Origin: an uncultured Acidobacteriaceae bacterium
GTDB taxonomy: Bacteria; Acidobacteriota; Terriglobia; Terriglobales; Acidobacteriaceae
DNA length: 64,000 nucleotides
Reading direction: 5' to 3'
Assembly (NCBI GenBank): GCA_963832995.1
Contig: CAWHVZ010000004.1
Coordinates: 222,851-286,850 of the forward strand
Under the pieces are notes generated by a model. That model made no database searches. It was not told the DNA's origin and was given only the letters and a program-made list of their open reading frames with translations. Numbering within the stretch: the stretch's first letter is position 1; each line of letters opens with the position of its first letter. Made by a program: the position numbers and the translations under genes. Positions 44,990 through 54,087 of the stretch are shown here, one piece after another.

Positions 44990-45931
44990 ATGGCTTTTCT
45001 CCGTAGCTTCGGAGCGTACCTGCCAGCGCGCGTGGTCTCGAACGCGGAGCTCGCGCCGCAGCTTGGGGTTGCGCCGGACTGGATTCTGAGCGCATCGGGG
45101 ATCGCCGAGCGCCGTTACGCCGCGGCGGATGAGACGGTCGCGAGTCTGGGTGTTAACGCGGCGCTTGCGTGTCTGCAGAACGCGGGGCTTGACGCTTCGA
45201 GTCTCGGGTTGATCATGGTGTCGAGCGGCTCGAGTGAGCGATATTGTCCGGGGCCTGCGAGCCTGATCGCGGCGGGGCTTGGTCTTAGCGCGACTCCCGC
45301 TGTCGACCTGCCGATTGCGAGCGCTGGCTCGCTGGTGGGGTTGGCGATGGCTGCGCGGTTGGCGCCTGCGATGGGCCACGTGCTGGTCGTCGGCGCGGAG
45401 ATTATGTCGCGACGCGTGGCGTTCACGCCTGAGGGGAAGGATACGGCGATCCTGTTCGGCGACGGAGCGGGCGCGTGCATCGTCAGTCCGGACGCGGGTT
45501 TTGCGCGCATCGTGGACTCGTGCCTCTTCACGGATGGCAACGTGGCGGAGATTCTGGCGGTGGAGAACGGCTTGATTCGCATGGACGGGCCGGCGATCAT
45601 ACGGCATGTATCGCGCAAGGTGCCGGACGCGATAAAGATTCTGCTGGAGCGCAATGCGGTCTCGGCGCAGAACGTGGTTACGTTCCTGCTGCACCAGGCT
45701 AACCTGAACCTCATCGCTCGGATTGCGAAGACTTTGGATGTGCCGGCCACGCGCTTCTTCGCGAATATCCAGCGCTATGGGAATACCTCTTCGGCTTCGA
45801 TGCTGATCGCGGCGGATGAGTGGATGGAACATGCCTCTGGACCGATCGCCCAGCCGCTGGTGTTTGCGGCCTTTGGCGTTGGGCTGAACTGGGGTGCGGT
45901 GCTGGTTCTGCCGCCTGGGGCGACGAGATGA
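44990..45931 (+). CDS. KAS III (FabH-like) with Ser at the catalytic Cys position
   Basis: SGIAERR, FGDGAGA, HQAN, GNTSSAS, FGVG; AVDLPIASAG aligns to FabH AFDVAAACAG. Confidence 0.9.
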   Translation: MAFLRSFGAYLPARVVSNAELAPQLGVAPDWILSASGIAERRYAAADETVASLGVNAALACLQNAGLDASSLGLIMVSSGSSERYCPGPASLIAAGLGLSATPAVDLPIASAGSLVGLAMAARLAPAMGHVLVVGAEIMSRRVAFTPEGKDTAILFGDGAGACIVSPDAGFARIVDSCLFTDGNVAEILAVENGLIRMDGPAIIRHVSRKVPDAIKILLERNAVSAQNVVTFLLHQANLNLIARIAKTLDVPATRFFANIQRYGNTSSASMLIAADEWMEHASGPIAQPLVFAAFGVGLNWGAVLVLPPGATR

Positions 45932-47082
45932 CGAGACCTGCGGCGCTTACGCAGCTTAGTGAGGACGAGCAGCTGTTTCGCGACACTGTGCGGCAGTTCG
46001 CCGCGGAGCAGATTGCGCCACAAGTGCGGGCGATGGATGAGGCGCAGCAGATGGACGATGCGCTGATCAAACAGCTGTTCGGCCTGGGGCTGATGGGGAT
46101 CGAGATTCCGGAGGAGTTTGGCGGTTCGGGCGGGACATTTTTTGAGGCTATTCTTGCCGTCGAGGCGCTGTCTGCGGTGGATCCTTCGGTGGGGGTGCTG
46201 GTCGATGTGCAGAATACGCTTTGCATCAATGCTCTGGTCCGCTGGGCTGGCGATGCGCAAAAAAAGCAACACCTCACCAGGCTTGCGGCGGGGACTATCG
46301 GGGCTTATGCATTGAGTGAGGCGGGGTCGGGGTCGGATGCGTTCGCGCTGCAGACGCGGGCTGCGAAGCGGGGTGACGACTATGTGCTTAACGGGCAGAA
46401 GCTTTGGATCACCAATGCCAAAGAGGCGGGGCTGTTCATCGTCTTCGCTACGCTGGACCCGGGGCTTGGGTACAAGGGGATCACGGCGTTTCTGGTTGAG
46501 AAGGGGACTCCAGGTTTTACGCTGGGGAAGAAAGAGGACAAGCTCGGGATACGCGCGTCGAGCACTTGTGAGCTGATCTTTCGGGATTGTGTTTTGCCTG
46601 CGGCTGCGGTGCTGGGACAGCCGGGCAAAGGCTACAAGATTGCCATCGAGACTCTGAATGAAGGGCGCATTGGGATTGGGGCGCAGATGCTGGGGCTCGC
46701 CGCCGGGGCTTGGGAGCACGCGGCGCGATGGGCGAAGGAGCGTAGGCAGTTCGGCAAGGCCATTGCGGACTTTCAGGCGATGCAGTTCCAGCTTGCGGAG
46801 ATGGCGACCGAGATCGAGGCCGCGCGGCTGATGGTCTATAACGCTGCGCGGCTGAAGGATCGCGGCGATGCATTTCTGAAGGAGGCGGCGATGTGCAAGT
46901 ACTTCGCGTCGCAGGTGGCCGAGCGGGTTGCTTCGCTGGCGGTGGAGGTATTCGGCGGCTCGGGGTTTGTGAAGGACTATCCGGTGGAGAAGCTGTATCG
47001 CGACGCGAAGATTGGGAAGATCTACGAGGGGACGTCGTTCATGCAGCTGGCGACGATCGCAAAATTGACGCTTGGTAAGTAG
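45928..47082 (+). CDS. Short/branched-chain acyl-CoA dehydrogenase
   Basis: LSEAGSGSD, NGQKLWITN, KLGIRAS, IYEGT; ATGA overlap with KAS III. Confidence 0.92.
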   Translation: MTRPAALTQLSEDEQLFRDTVRQFAAEQIAPQVRAMDEAQQMDDALIKQLFGLGLMGIEIPEEFGGSGGTFFEAILAVEALSAVDPSVGVLVDVQNTLCINALVRWAGDAQKKQHLTRLAAGTIGAYALSEAGSGSDAFALQTRAAKRGDDYVLNGQKLWITNAKEAGLFIVFATLDPGLGYKGITAFLVEKGTPGFTLGKKEDKLGIRASSTCELIFRDCVLPAAAVLGQPGKGYKIAIETLNEGRIGIGAQMLGLAAGAWEHAARWAKERRQFGKAIADFQAMQFQLAEMATEIEAARLMVYNAARLKDRGDAFLKEAAMCKYFASQVAERVASLAVEVFGGSGFVKDYPVEKLYRDAKIGKIYEGTSFMQLATIAKLTLGK

Positions 47083-47090
47083 TTGAGGGG

Positions 47091-48000
47091 CTAGACCGCG
47101 ACAGAAACGCGCCGCCCGCGCCGGCAGACGATGGAGAGCTTCTCGGCGCTGAGGATCTTCCTGGCCTGTGCCTGAGCGTGGTTGGCCCACGGACCAACTG
47201 GGTCCAGCCGCACATAGGTGAGCCAGTGGCGGAGGGCTCGGCGCCGCTGGCCCTGACGCTCGTAGGCGAGCGCGAGGTTGTAGTGGGCGTCGGCGTACTG
47301 CGGCACCAGCGCAACGGCACGTTGGTAGGCAGCGGTTGCCTCGGGCAGGCGCTGCATCTCGTCGAGCACGTTGCCGAGATCGAAGAATGCCAGAGCGTAC
47401 TCGGGGTCCGAGACGGTCGCTTTGCGGTACATCGTCTCGGCCTTTTCGAACTCGCGGCGGTTGTAGTGGATGGTGCCCAGATTGATGAGCGACGGTGCAT
47501 GACTGGGCCGGATCACGAGGATAGCAGTGTACATCTCCACCGCCGCAGGGACCGTAGCGGCGTCCTCCTCGAGATGCACGGCGCGCGAGGAACATCTCCT
47601 GCACAGTCGCGGCCTGTTGCGCTGCACTGATAGCGGGCGCAGGTGCAACCTGCAATCGACGCTCGGGGGAGGACTCAAAGTCGAACGCGAGCTGCTGGGT
47701 CATGGGATCGACCAGCGCGCCGCCGTGCCGGAATGCCAGCCGCGATCCGCGTTTCACCGCGGTCGCCTCCATGAGCGGATTGGGCATCCCGGAGACGCGC
47801 TGCATGGCGTCGACGGACGCACGAATATTCTTCGCCGAGATGCGGGTCGCGCGCAGGTTGCGCAAGGTCCGCAGCCGCCCAAGCTGTTCGAAGCCATATT
47901 CTTCAGTGGGGGTGATGAGTCCTGCCCGCTCCCAGGCCACCAGTTGGCGAGGGTGCAGGTGCAATATCCGAATTACGTCCTGACGGCTATAGCAGGTCAA
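47091..48000 (-). CDS. MerR-like HTH plus TPR protein (frameshift near 47590)
   Basis: N-terminal WERAGLI HTH; C-terminal NLG/DLG/YNLA TPR repeats. Confidence 0.78.
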
Positions 48001-48240
48001 TGGTGGGTCTCGATCAGCAACCGTCTTACAGGTTTCAGATAAGCAAACTCACTTGCGAGTATGCTTCGCAAACCTACGCCAATCAAGAGCTAACGCACTC
48101 TGCTACGTTAAAAATCAGTGGATATCGCGTACCAAACATGGTTCGTCACCACGGTTGGTGCAACTGTTGATTTCTCTGTGACAGGGAATCCCGACACACA
48201 GAGACCCTCGACAAGGCGACCGATACGATCACTAAGCAGA

Positions 48241-48270
48241 TGAAGCCGATGCAGCGGAGTTAAACCGCTG
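48241..48270 (-). repeat. Degenerate duplicate of the tRNA-Thr 3' end (att site)
   Basis: TGAAGCCGATGCAGCGGAGTTAAACCGCTG versus TGGAGCCGATGAGCGGAGTTGAACCGCTG at 49637. Confidence 0.85.
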
Positions 48271-48272
48271 GC

Positions 48273-48646
48273 TTATTTCCAACAGCTCTCGCAAAACTGG
48301 ATCACCTTCTTAGGTGTGAAGGGGGATGCCAAAAGCCCCTCTTTGATTCGTTGCAGAGTCTTGGCTGGGCAGGCGTCTTTCCTTTGCGCCGCTCCACCCT
48401 GTAGAGCACCGTCAATTGCGCTAGCAGGCACTATCTGAGCATCTGCGAAGAGCACGATTGAATCGTGAGTGATGAAGGGGTGATCTCCTATATGGAGCAC
48501 GACTGTTTTATCGCAGATGTGTCCCAACGTCGTGACATTTACGATCAACAGAAACCGTCTGCATTCGGGTCTGTCACAACTACCCAAAGATGGGGAATGC
48601 GATTACTCCCAGCTTTGGGCATCAATACGCAATCCCCGCATCTCAT
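48273..48646 (-). pseudogene. Putative PemK-like toxin, frameshifted
   Basis: HLWVVVTDP...LIVNVTT...HPFITHDS; ATGA-coupled to the upstream antitoxin. Confidence 0.55.
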
Positions 48647-49213
48647 CTGGTATAGCTCGCGAGGATGTCTTGGACAGCACTCAGGCTCTCCAGTTCCTCT
48701 TCAATCAGCTCTCGGTCTGCCGGTGAGAGGCCGCCCGCTTGCAAGATGTCTCTGTAGTCGATTGGAAACGCGCTTCCGTTCGGGTTCTGCCATTCGGGGG
48801 AGCTTGTGCATCACGTCCTCGATCAGCTTCCAGCGATTCCAATGCCCATATTGTGCAAAGACAGAATCGAGTATCGCGATCTCAGCTTTGGACAACTCGT
48901 GAGTTTAAATCGCATCTTCGGAGCGAATGAGTTTGACATCATGATTGTCCACGGACTCGATGTTGCTTTCCCAGCTGTTGTGAGTCTCACGGTATGAACC
49001 GTTTATAAGATTCAAGGTGTTGCTGAGCACTGGTCCGTGATCCATCGAAACGTAACTATTTGTGGTGATGGGCCTGCCGTACTTCGTCAAGGCTTCACGG
49101 TCCGCAAGGTAGAGAAGTTTGATGAGCTTCTAATACTTCATCCGGCCCCCTCTCAACTTGAGCAAATAGGCGGCGGCCTGAGTGACTTTTGCTTCGTTGA
49201 ACCGGATTCTCAT
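48643..49213 (-). pseudogene. Panacea (SocA/DUF4065) antitoxin, disrupted
   Basis: KLIKLLYLADR, HGPV, H.LPEW; in-frame TAG at 49130-49132, TAA at 48905-48907, +1 near 48798. Confidence 0.8.
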
Positions 49214-49636
49214 AGTGCAAGCATAGCTCTCTAATCTGCCGGATTTGGGGACAAAGTGAACATTACTACGCAATAACTAGAACGACAGAATCGCCTTGCG
49301 GGTAATGGGGTTTGAGTCACCTTACGACAGAGAAAGCTCCACCAGAAAGAGGCCGCCTGGATCGATCTTGTATGCGCACAGATTTTGCCAGACAAACGCA
49401 TTCTCGTTGTAGACGACCGCTCCCATCCATGCAAAAATAATAGGAGAATAGCAGGCGAAAGTAAAGTGCGAAAACTTATCGGGAAACGGTTCCGAATCGG
49501 AGACGATGACGAAGTGTTCGCGCGGAGAGTGTCTGACAACGAAGAAACGAGTCTCCACAAAAGTCCCCACACTCAAAACGAAAGCTGCCCATCTTGTGAC
49601 GCCTGGCGCTAAATAACTTGATACGTTGTGAATTTG

Positions 49637-49712
<76 letters not shown>

Positions 49713-49741
49713 CTGCCTTGTCTATTCTAGCGGCTTCGCGG

Positions 49742-50068
49742 CTAACCGCCAAATCGCCGGCAGACCGGGGAATCGGCTGCCGGCCATGCGATTTGTGGAT
49801 AAGGCTTAGCTATCGGAGCGATGAAGATTGGAGGGCGTTGAAGCTCCCGTTGTTCTCCATTTGCTGCCGAGTCAGAGTATTGACGCCGCAGATGCTGATT
49901 TGCAATCAGGAGCTCTGCAACCAGATGCTGCAGGCGCGAATTTTCAATCTTGAGCTTCGATATTTCATCCGCGTCGCCACTCTCAGTCGCAGAACGGCGA
50001 AAGGAGGGAATCGAAAGTTGGTTATAGTGCCAGAAGACTACGTTGGTTTGAACTTCACTCTTCATCAC
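49742..50068 (-). CDS. Small coiled-coil hypothetical protein
   Basis: LKIENSRLQHLVAELLIANQHLR heptads; GAGGAAGG upstream. Confidence 0.45.
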   Translation of the reverse strand: MMKSEVQTNVVFWHYNQLSIPSFRRSATESGDADEISKLKIENSRLQHLVAELLIANQHLRRQYSDSAANGEQRELQRPPIFIAPIAKPYPQIAWPAADSPVCRRFGG

Positions 50069-50155
50069 GCCTTCCTCTTTTCCTCTAAATTCGGCCCGTG
50101 GAGTGTTCCAGTGGTGCTTTTAGATAGTGCTGAAAAGTCGTTTGCGGCGTGGAAG

Positions 50156-50318
50156 CATTCCCTCAGTGGCTAAAGCCACATTGAAAATTATTGCCTTTAC
50201 GGCGTGACTGAAGTCCCGCCCCTTCAAAGCAAATACTTTTTCGGCGGAGACCCAAAGCTAAAGCATTGGGCTACCAGCCGCTCCCTTTCAAAACAAGTAC
50301 TTTTTCAGCATCCTCTTT
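50156..50318 (+). repeat. REP-like GGCTAAAGCC family element
   Basis: Near-identical to 10257-10391. Confidence 0.85.
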
Positions 50319-50823
50319 AGTGCTGCTCGTCCGCTGACGGGCCGTAGATCGCCGGGACGCTCGCTTCGTTCAGCCGCAGATAGACCGTCAACTGGCCGCG
50401 GTGGTGCGCCAGATGGGCAAAGACGGAGTCGGTCAACATCACGTGGCGCGGCTGCTCGTTCAGCACCTTGCCGCCTAAGACCAGGTGCCACGGCTTCAGC
50501 AGATGCTCTTCGGTGGTGCCCTGGAGCGCCTTGCAGGACCGGGCCACGCCGTCGTCGAGGAGTTGCAGCAGCTCTGCCCTGGTCGCGACGGGCTTGGTCT
50601 TGAGGCCTTGATTCGCCGGGGCGTCCAGGTTGAGCTCGTCCCTCTCGATCATGAGGGTGACCCATCCCGGCATGGACGCGACCAGCGCCGCCAGGAGTCC
50701 CAATGGCATGGATTTTTCGTGCGGCTTCCAGTCGTTGCGCCCTTCGGGGACGCGCTCGATGGCCTTGCGAGTCGCTTCTGCTTCGCGTTTTAGCTGTGCC
50801 AGATAAAGCTGTTTCAGTTCCAT
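50317..50823 (-). CDS. DinB/YfiT-family metalloprotein (not Pol IV)
   Basis: WKPHEKSM, HLAHHRGQL.VYLR, VPAIYGPS; AGGAG RBS. Confidence 0.9.
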   Translation of the reverse strand: MELKQLYLAQLKREAEATRKAIERVPEGRNDWKPHEKSMPLGLLAALVASMPGWVTLMIERDELNLDAPANQGLKTKPVATRAELLQLLDDGVARSCKALQGTTEEHLLKPWHLVLGGKVLNEQPRHVMLTDSVFAHLAHHRGQLTVYLRLNEASVPAIYGPSADEQH

Positions 50824-50879
50824 GTCCGAATCTCCTGGGGCTGAACATTCCGCCATGGTTTGAAGGTTAGAATTCCATA

Positions 50880-50898
50880 TATGACACCGACTGTCATA
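50880..50898. promoter_or_regulatory. Putative WYL-regulator operator
   Basis: TATGACA-5nt-TGTCATA between divergent dinB and WYL genes. Confidence 0.7.
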
Positions 50899-50946
50899 AT
50901 TGGATCGGCAAAATAAAAAAGTTTGGTGAAAGGGGAATCTCCGCCC

Positions 50947-51916
50947 GTGAAGGCCGACCGCCTCCTCTCCGCGCTGATGCTGCTGCAGGCCAAGGGACGG
51001 GTGACCACGCGCGAGCTCGTCGGAGCGGCTGGAGGTCTCGCAACGCACGGTACACCGTGACATGGAGGCACTGAGCGCCGCGCGGGTGCCGATCACGGCG
51101 CTTCGCGGCGCGCAGGGTGGATGGCAGCTCGAACGCGGCTGGCGGACGCAGGTTCCGGGGCTGGACGAGGCGGAGTTGCGGGCGCTGTTGATGACGCAGC
51201 CGCGAGCGCTGAGCGATCCCGGCATGCGTGCGGCATCTGAGCGGGCGTTCGGCAAGCTGATGGCCGCGCTGCCCAGCAACCTGCGCGAGCAGGCGGCTGC
51301 CATGAGCGAACGCCTGCACGTGGATCCCACGGGATGGCACGTTTCGACCGAAGATCTCTCGATGCTGCCCATCGTGCAGGACGCGGTGGCTCGCGACTGC
51401 AAGCTCACCTTCGACTACACACGCGCCGACGGGCAGACCGCTCAGCGAACGGTTGATCCGCTGGGCATCGTGGCCAAGGGCGTGACCTGGTACCTGGTGG
51501 CGCGCGCGCCGAACGGGATGCGGACGTATCGCGTGTCGCGCATGCGAGCCGCGACGCCGCTGGCTACGAAGTTTGAGCGGCCGGCGAACTTCAAGCTGGC
51601 CGACTACTGGGCGACTTCGACCGCTGAGCTGGCGAGAAGCCGCAAACACTTCGACGCTGTGGTCGTGTTGCACCCGCAGGCTGCACAGTCGCTGCGCGGC
51701 TGGTGCGTGTGTTCGCGGTGGGAAGGGAAGCTGGAGCCGCCGGTGCTTGAAGGATGGATTGCACTGAATGTGCGCTTTGAGGATGAGGAACAGGCGCTGT
51801 TCCTGATCCTTGGCTTTGGTGCGCGGGCTTGCGTGCTGGAGCCTGTCGGCCTGCTTGAACGCATCCGCGCCGACGTGAGTGCGATGCTGAATCTGCAAAC
51901 GCTTCCAAACGGTTAG
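50947..51916 (+). CDS. HTH-WYL transcriptional regulator (YafY/DriD-like; frameshift near 51020)
   Basis: KADRLL, LEVSQRTVHRD, TWYLVA, YRVSR. Confidence 0.9.
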
Positions 51917-53383
51917 CGCATGGGCAGGAACTTGCCGGCGCAGGGGTCGCTGACCTTTGGAGGCGTGTTCTCTCCGCTGCTCTTCACGCTCTTGCCCTCG
52001 ATGGCGAAGTTCGTCCCCACCTTGCCGAGCGTGATGTCAGAGTAGGCGAGGTGCACCTGCGACTGGGTGATGCCCTTCACGGCTACGTTGGAGAGCGAAA
52101 TCTCGGTGCGATGGTCGTCGTTCAGGCCGGCGATGAGGACGTCGCCTGGGGTCTCGTCGTAGATGTTTTCGAGCGAAATCTTCTTGTAGTCGGGGATGCG
52201 GTCGCCCTTGTAGCCGGGGTCTTCGAACGGCTCAGTGGTCTTATTATTGTAGTAGGGGCTGATTGCGATGGGGTTCATGACGTCGCGCATGCAGATGTTC
52301 CTGTAGACGAGGTCGTGCACGGGGCCGCCGCGCATTACGTTGCTCTTGATGCGGATGCCGCTGGTGGTGTGGTCCTCGGTGAGTCCGTCGACAAGCAGGA
52401 AACTCTGCGCCGGGCAGGTTTCGCTTCCGATAGACATGCCGTGTCCGGTGTAGAAGTGGTTGTCGATGACGCTCATGTGGGTGACGCCGGCCTTGATGGC
52501 GATGTTGTCGTCGCCGTTGTCGATCCAGCTATGCGTCACCATGATATTTTCGGAGCTGCCGGGGTCGATGCCGTCGGTGTTGCGCGGCATCGAGCGTTTT
52601 ATCCGTCGGCGTTACCAGATGCACGCCCCATGCGGTGAAGCCGTTGGTCTGGTTGACGCTGACGTGGAAGTTCGGCGAGTTGTGGAGGGTGATGCGGTAG
52701 AGGATCAGGCCGTCCGCGTGGCTCGCGACCAGCAGCCGAATGCTGAAGTAGCGCTCGTTTTTGGGCTCGGCGGCGCGGGCCATCTCCCACCAGCTGTAGC
52801 CTCTGCCGATGATCTTTGCGTAGCCGCGGCCGTCGATGACGCCATCGCCCATAATGGCGGCATCCTTCACGTTGGTCGCGGAGATCAATGCTCTGCAGCC
52901 TCGCGACGGTGTCCCACCGGCGGCCGGAGGACTCGGTGCCGTGCCCACTGCGGGACTCGTGCCGCATGCGCCTCCTGGAATCGGCTTGTCTTGGGTTGCA
53001 CCATACTCATACATCGCGGGGTCGCGCGATCCGAACAGCGTCACGCCCTTGTCGATGAGCAGAGTGACGCCGGTGCGAAGTTCGATTGGACCGGTTAGAA
53101 ATGCGTTGTTCGCTCCGGCGGCCTTCAGCGCTACGGCCTGTCCCGGCTTGCAGCCATCGAGCGCCGCCTGGATACGGGCGGTGTCGAGCTTGCTCTCATC
53201 GCTCTCTGCGATTTTGTCGTTGACGGCGTGCAGGCTGGCTTTCAACTCGACGCAGGCCTGCGGAATCTTCGGCTCGGTCACCACACGCGTATCCTGCGCG
53301 CCGGCCACTAACCCACCCAAAGACAACACAGCCGCGGCACCCGCCGCAGCCCATACTTCAACACCCTTCTGATGCAACTTCAT
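51913..53383 (-). CDS. GH28 polygalacturonase (frameshift near 52590)
   Basis: NTDG, GDD, GHG, RIK motifs; signal peptide; GGAGG RBS. Confidence 0.92.
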
Positions 53384-53461
53384 TGGTCCGACCTCCCAGG
53401 CCTGCTCAGCCAAACTAGCACAAGCGATGGAGGTTGGTCACCAAAGGGCGCGGTCGCCGGC

Positions 53462-53560
53462 CTACTCGGGCACGCCGCGATCCAGATCGACGAACGACGC
53501 GAGCACACTGGGTCCGAGGAGCAACGCCACAAACGATATTGCGATGAGCATCTCAGTCAT
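53462..53560 (-). CDS. 32-aa single-TM peptide
   Basis: AAGGAG RBS; MTEMLIAISFVALLLGPSVLASFVDLDRGVPE*. Confidence 0.6.
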   Translation of the reverse strand: MTEMLIAISFVALLLGPSVLASFVDLDRGVPE

Positions 53561-53727
53561 TGGAGGTCTTCTCCTTGTGCGGTGAGCATCGAACGCTCTC
53601 CGGCTACCCTCCTTCTATCGGCGATCGGTGCTTCTCCATGAGATCGACCTGCAGCAATAGCATTGCTGTCTTCGAACTCGGCTACTTGCTCTGATTGAGA
53701 CGGGCCACCCATTCCGCAAAAGGCTTG

Positions 53728-53814
53728 CAAAAGTGAAGAGGCCACCCGGCAACAGGGTGGCCTCTTCTTTAGGGAGAATAGTTCCAACGGAGGCAAAGCC
53801 ATCAGAACTTTCTG
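53728..53814 (-). ncRNA. Candidate sRNA or leader RNA of about 85 nt
   Basis: Follows a TTGACA-17-TAGTAT promoter; hairpin 53780-53809, then terminator 53735-53767 with CTTTT. Confidence 0.5.
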
Positions 53815-53819
53815 GCGAA

Positions 53820-53927
53820 ATACTAAGTTTGGCCAAAACACGTGTCAAGGGCTAAACACGCTCTGCTTAAGTCATTATTTAGGAGTTAGTTACGGGGGTT
53901 GACTTACCGTATAACCCTGCCTAATAT
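53820..53927. promoter_or_regulatory. Back-to-back sigma70 promoters
   Basis: Minus: TTGACA (53843-48)-17-TAGTAT; plus: TTGACT (53899-904)-17-TAATAT. Confidence 0.65.
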
Positions 53928-54087
53928 TCGCTTTTATTTTGCTTAATCCGAGGCACGAAAATCTCAAAAGGCCATCAAATGAGCGGCTTACCCAAGGGTC
54001 TGCACCACCCCCTGTGCAGATTGACAGGTGGGTGGATGGCCCAGGCCCGCGTCCCAGCCCAACTACAACCCCAGGGTGCGAGCCCGG

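Noticed and set aside
48139-48170. Possible NrdR boxes
   Set aside because: Weak match, atypical spacing and no ribonucleotide reductase genes nearby.
49231-49612. ORFs next to the tRNA as an integrase remnant
   Set aside because: No tyrosine or serine recombinase motifs recognisable in the translated frames.
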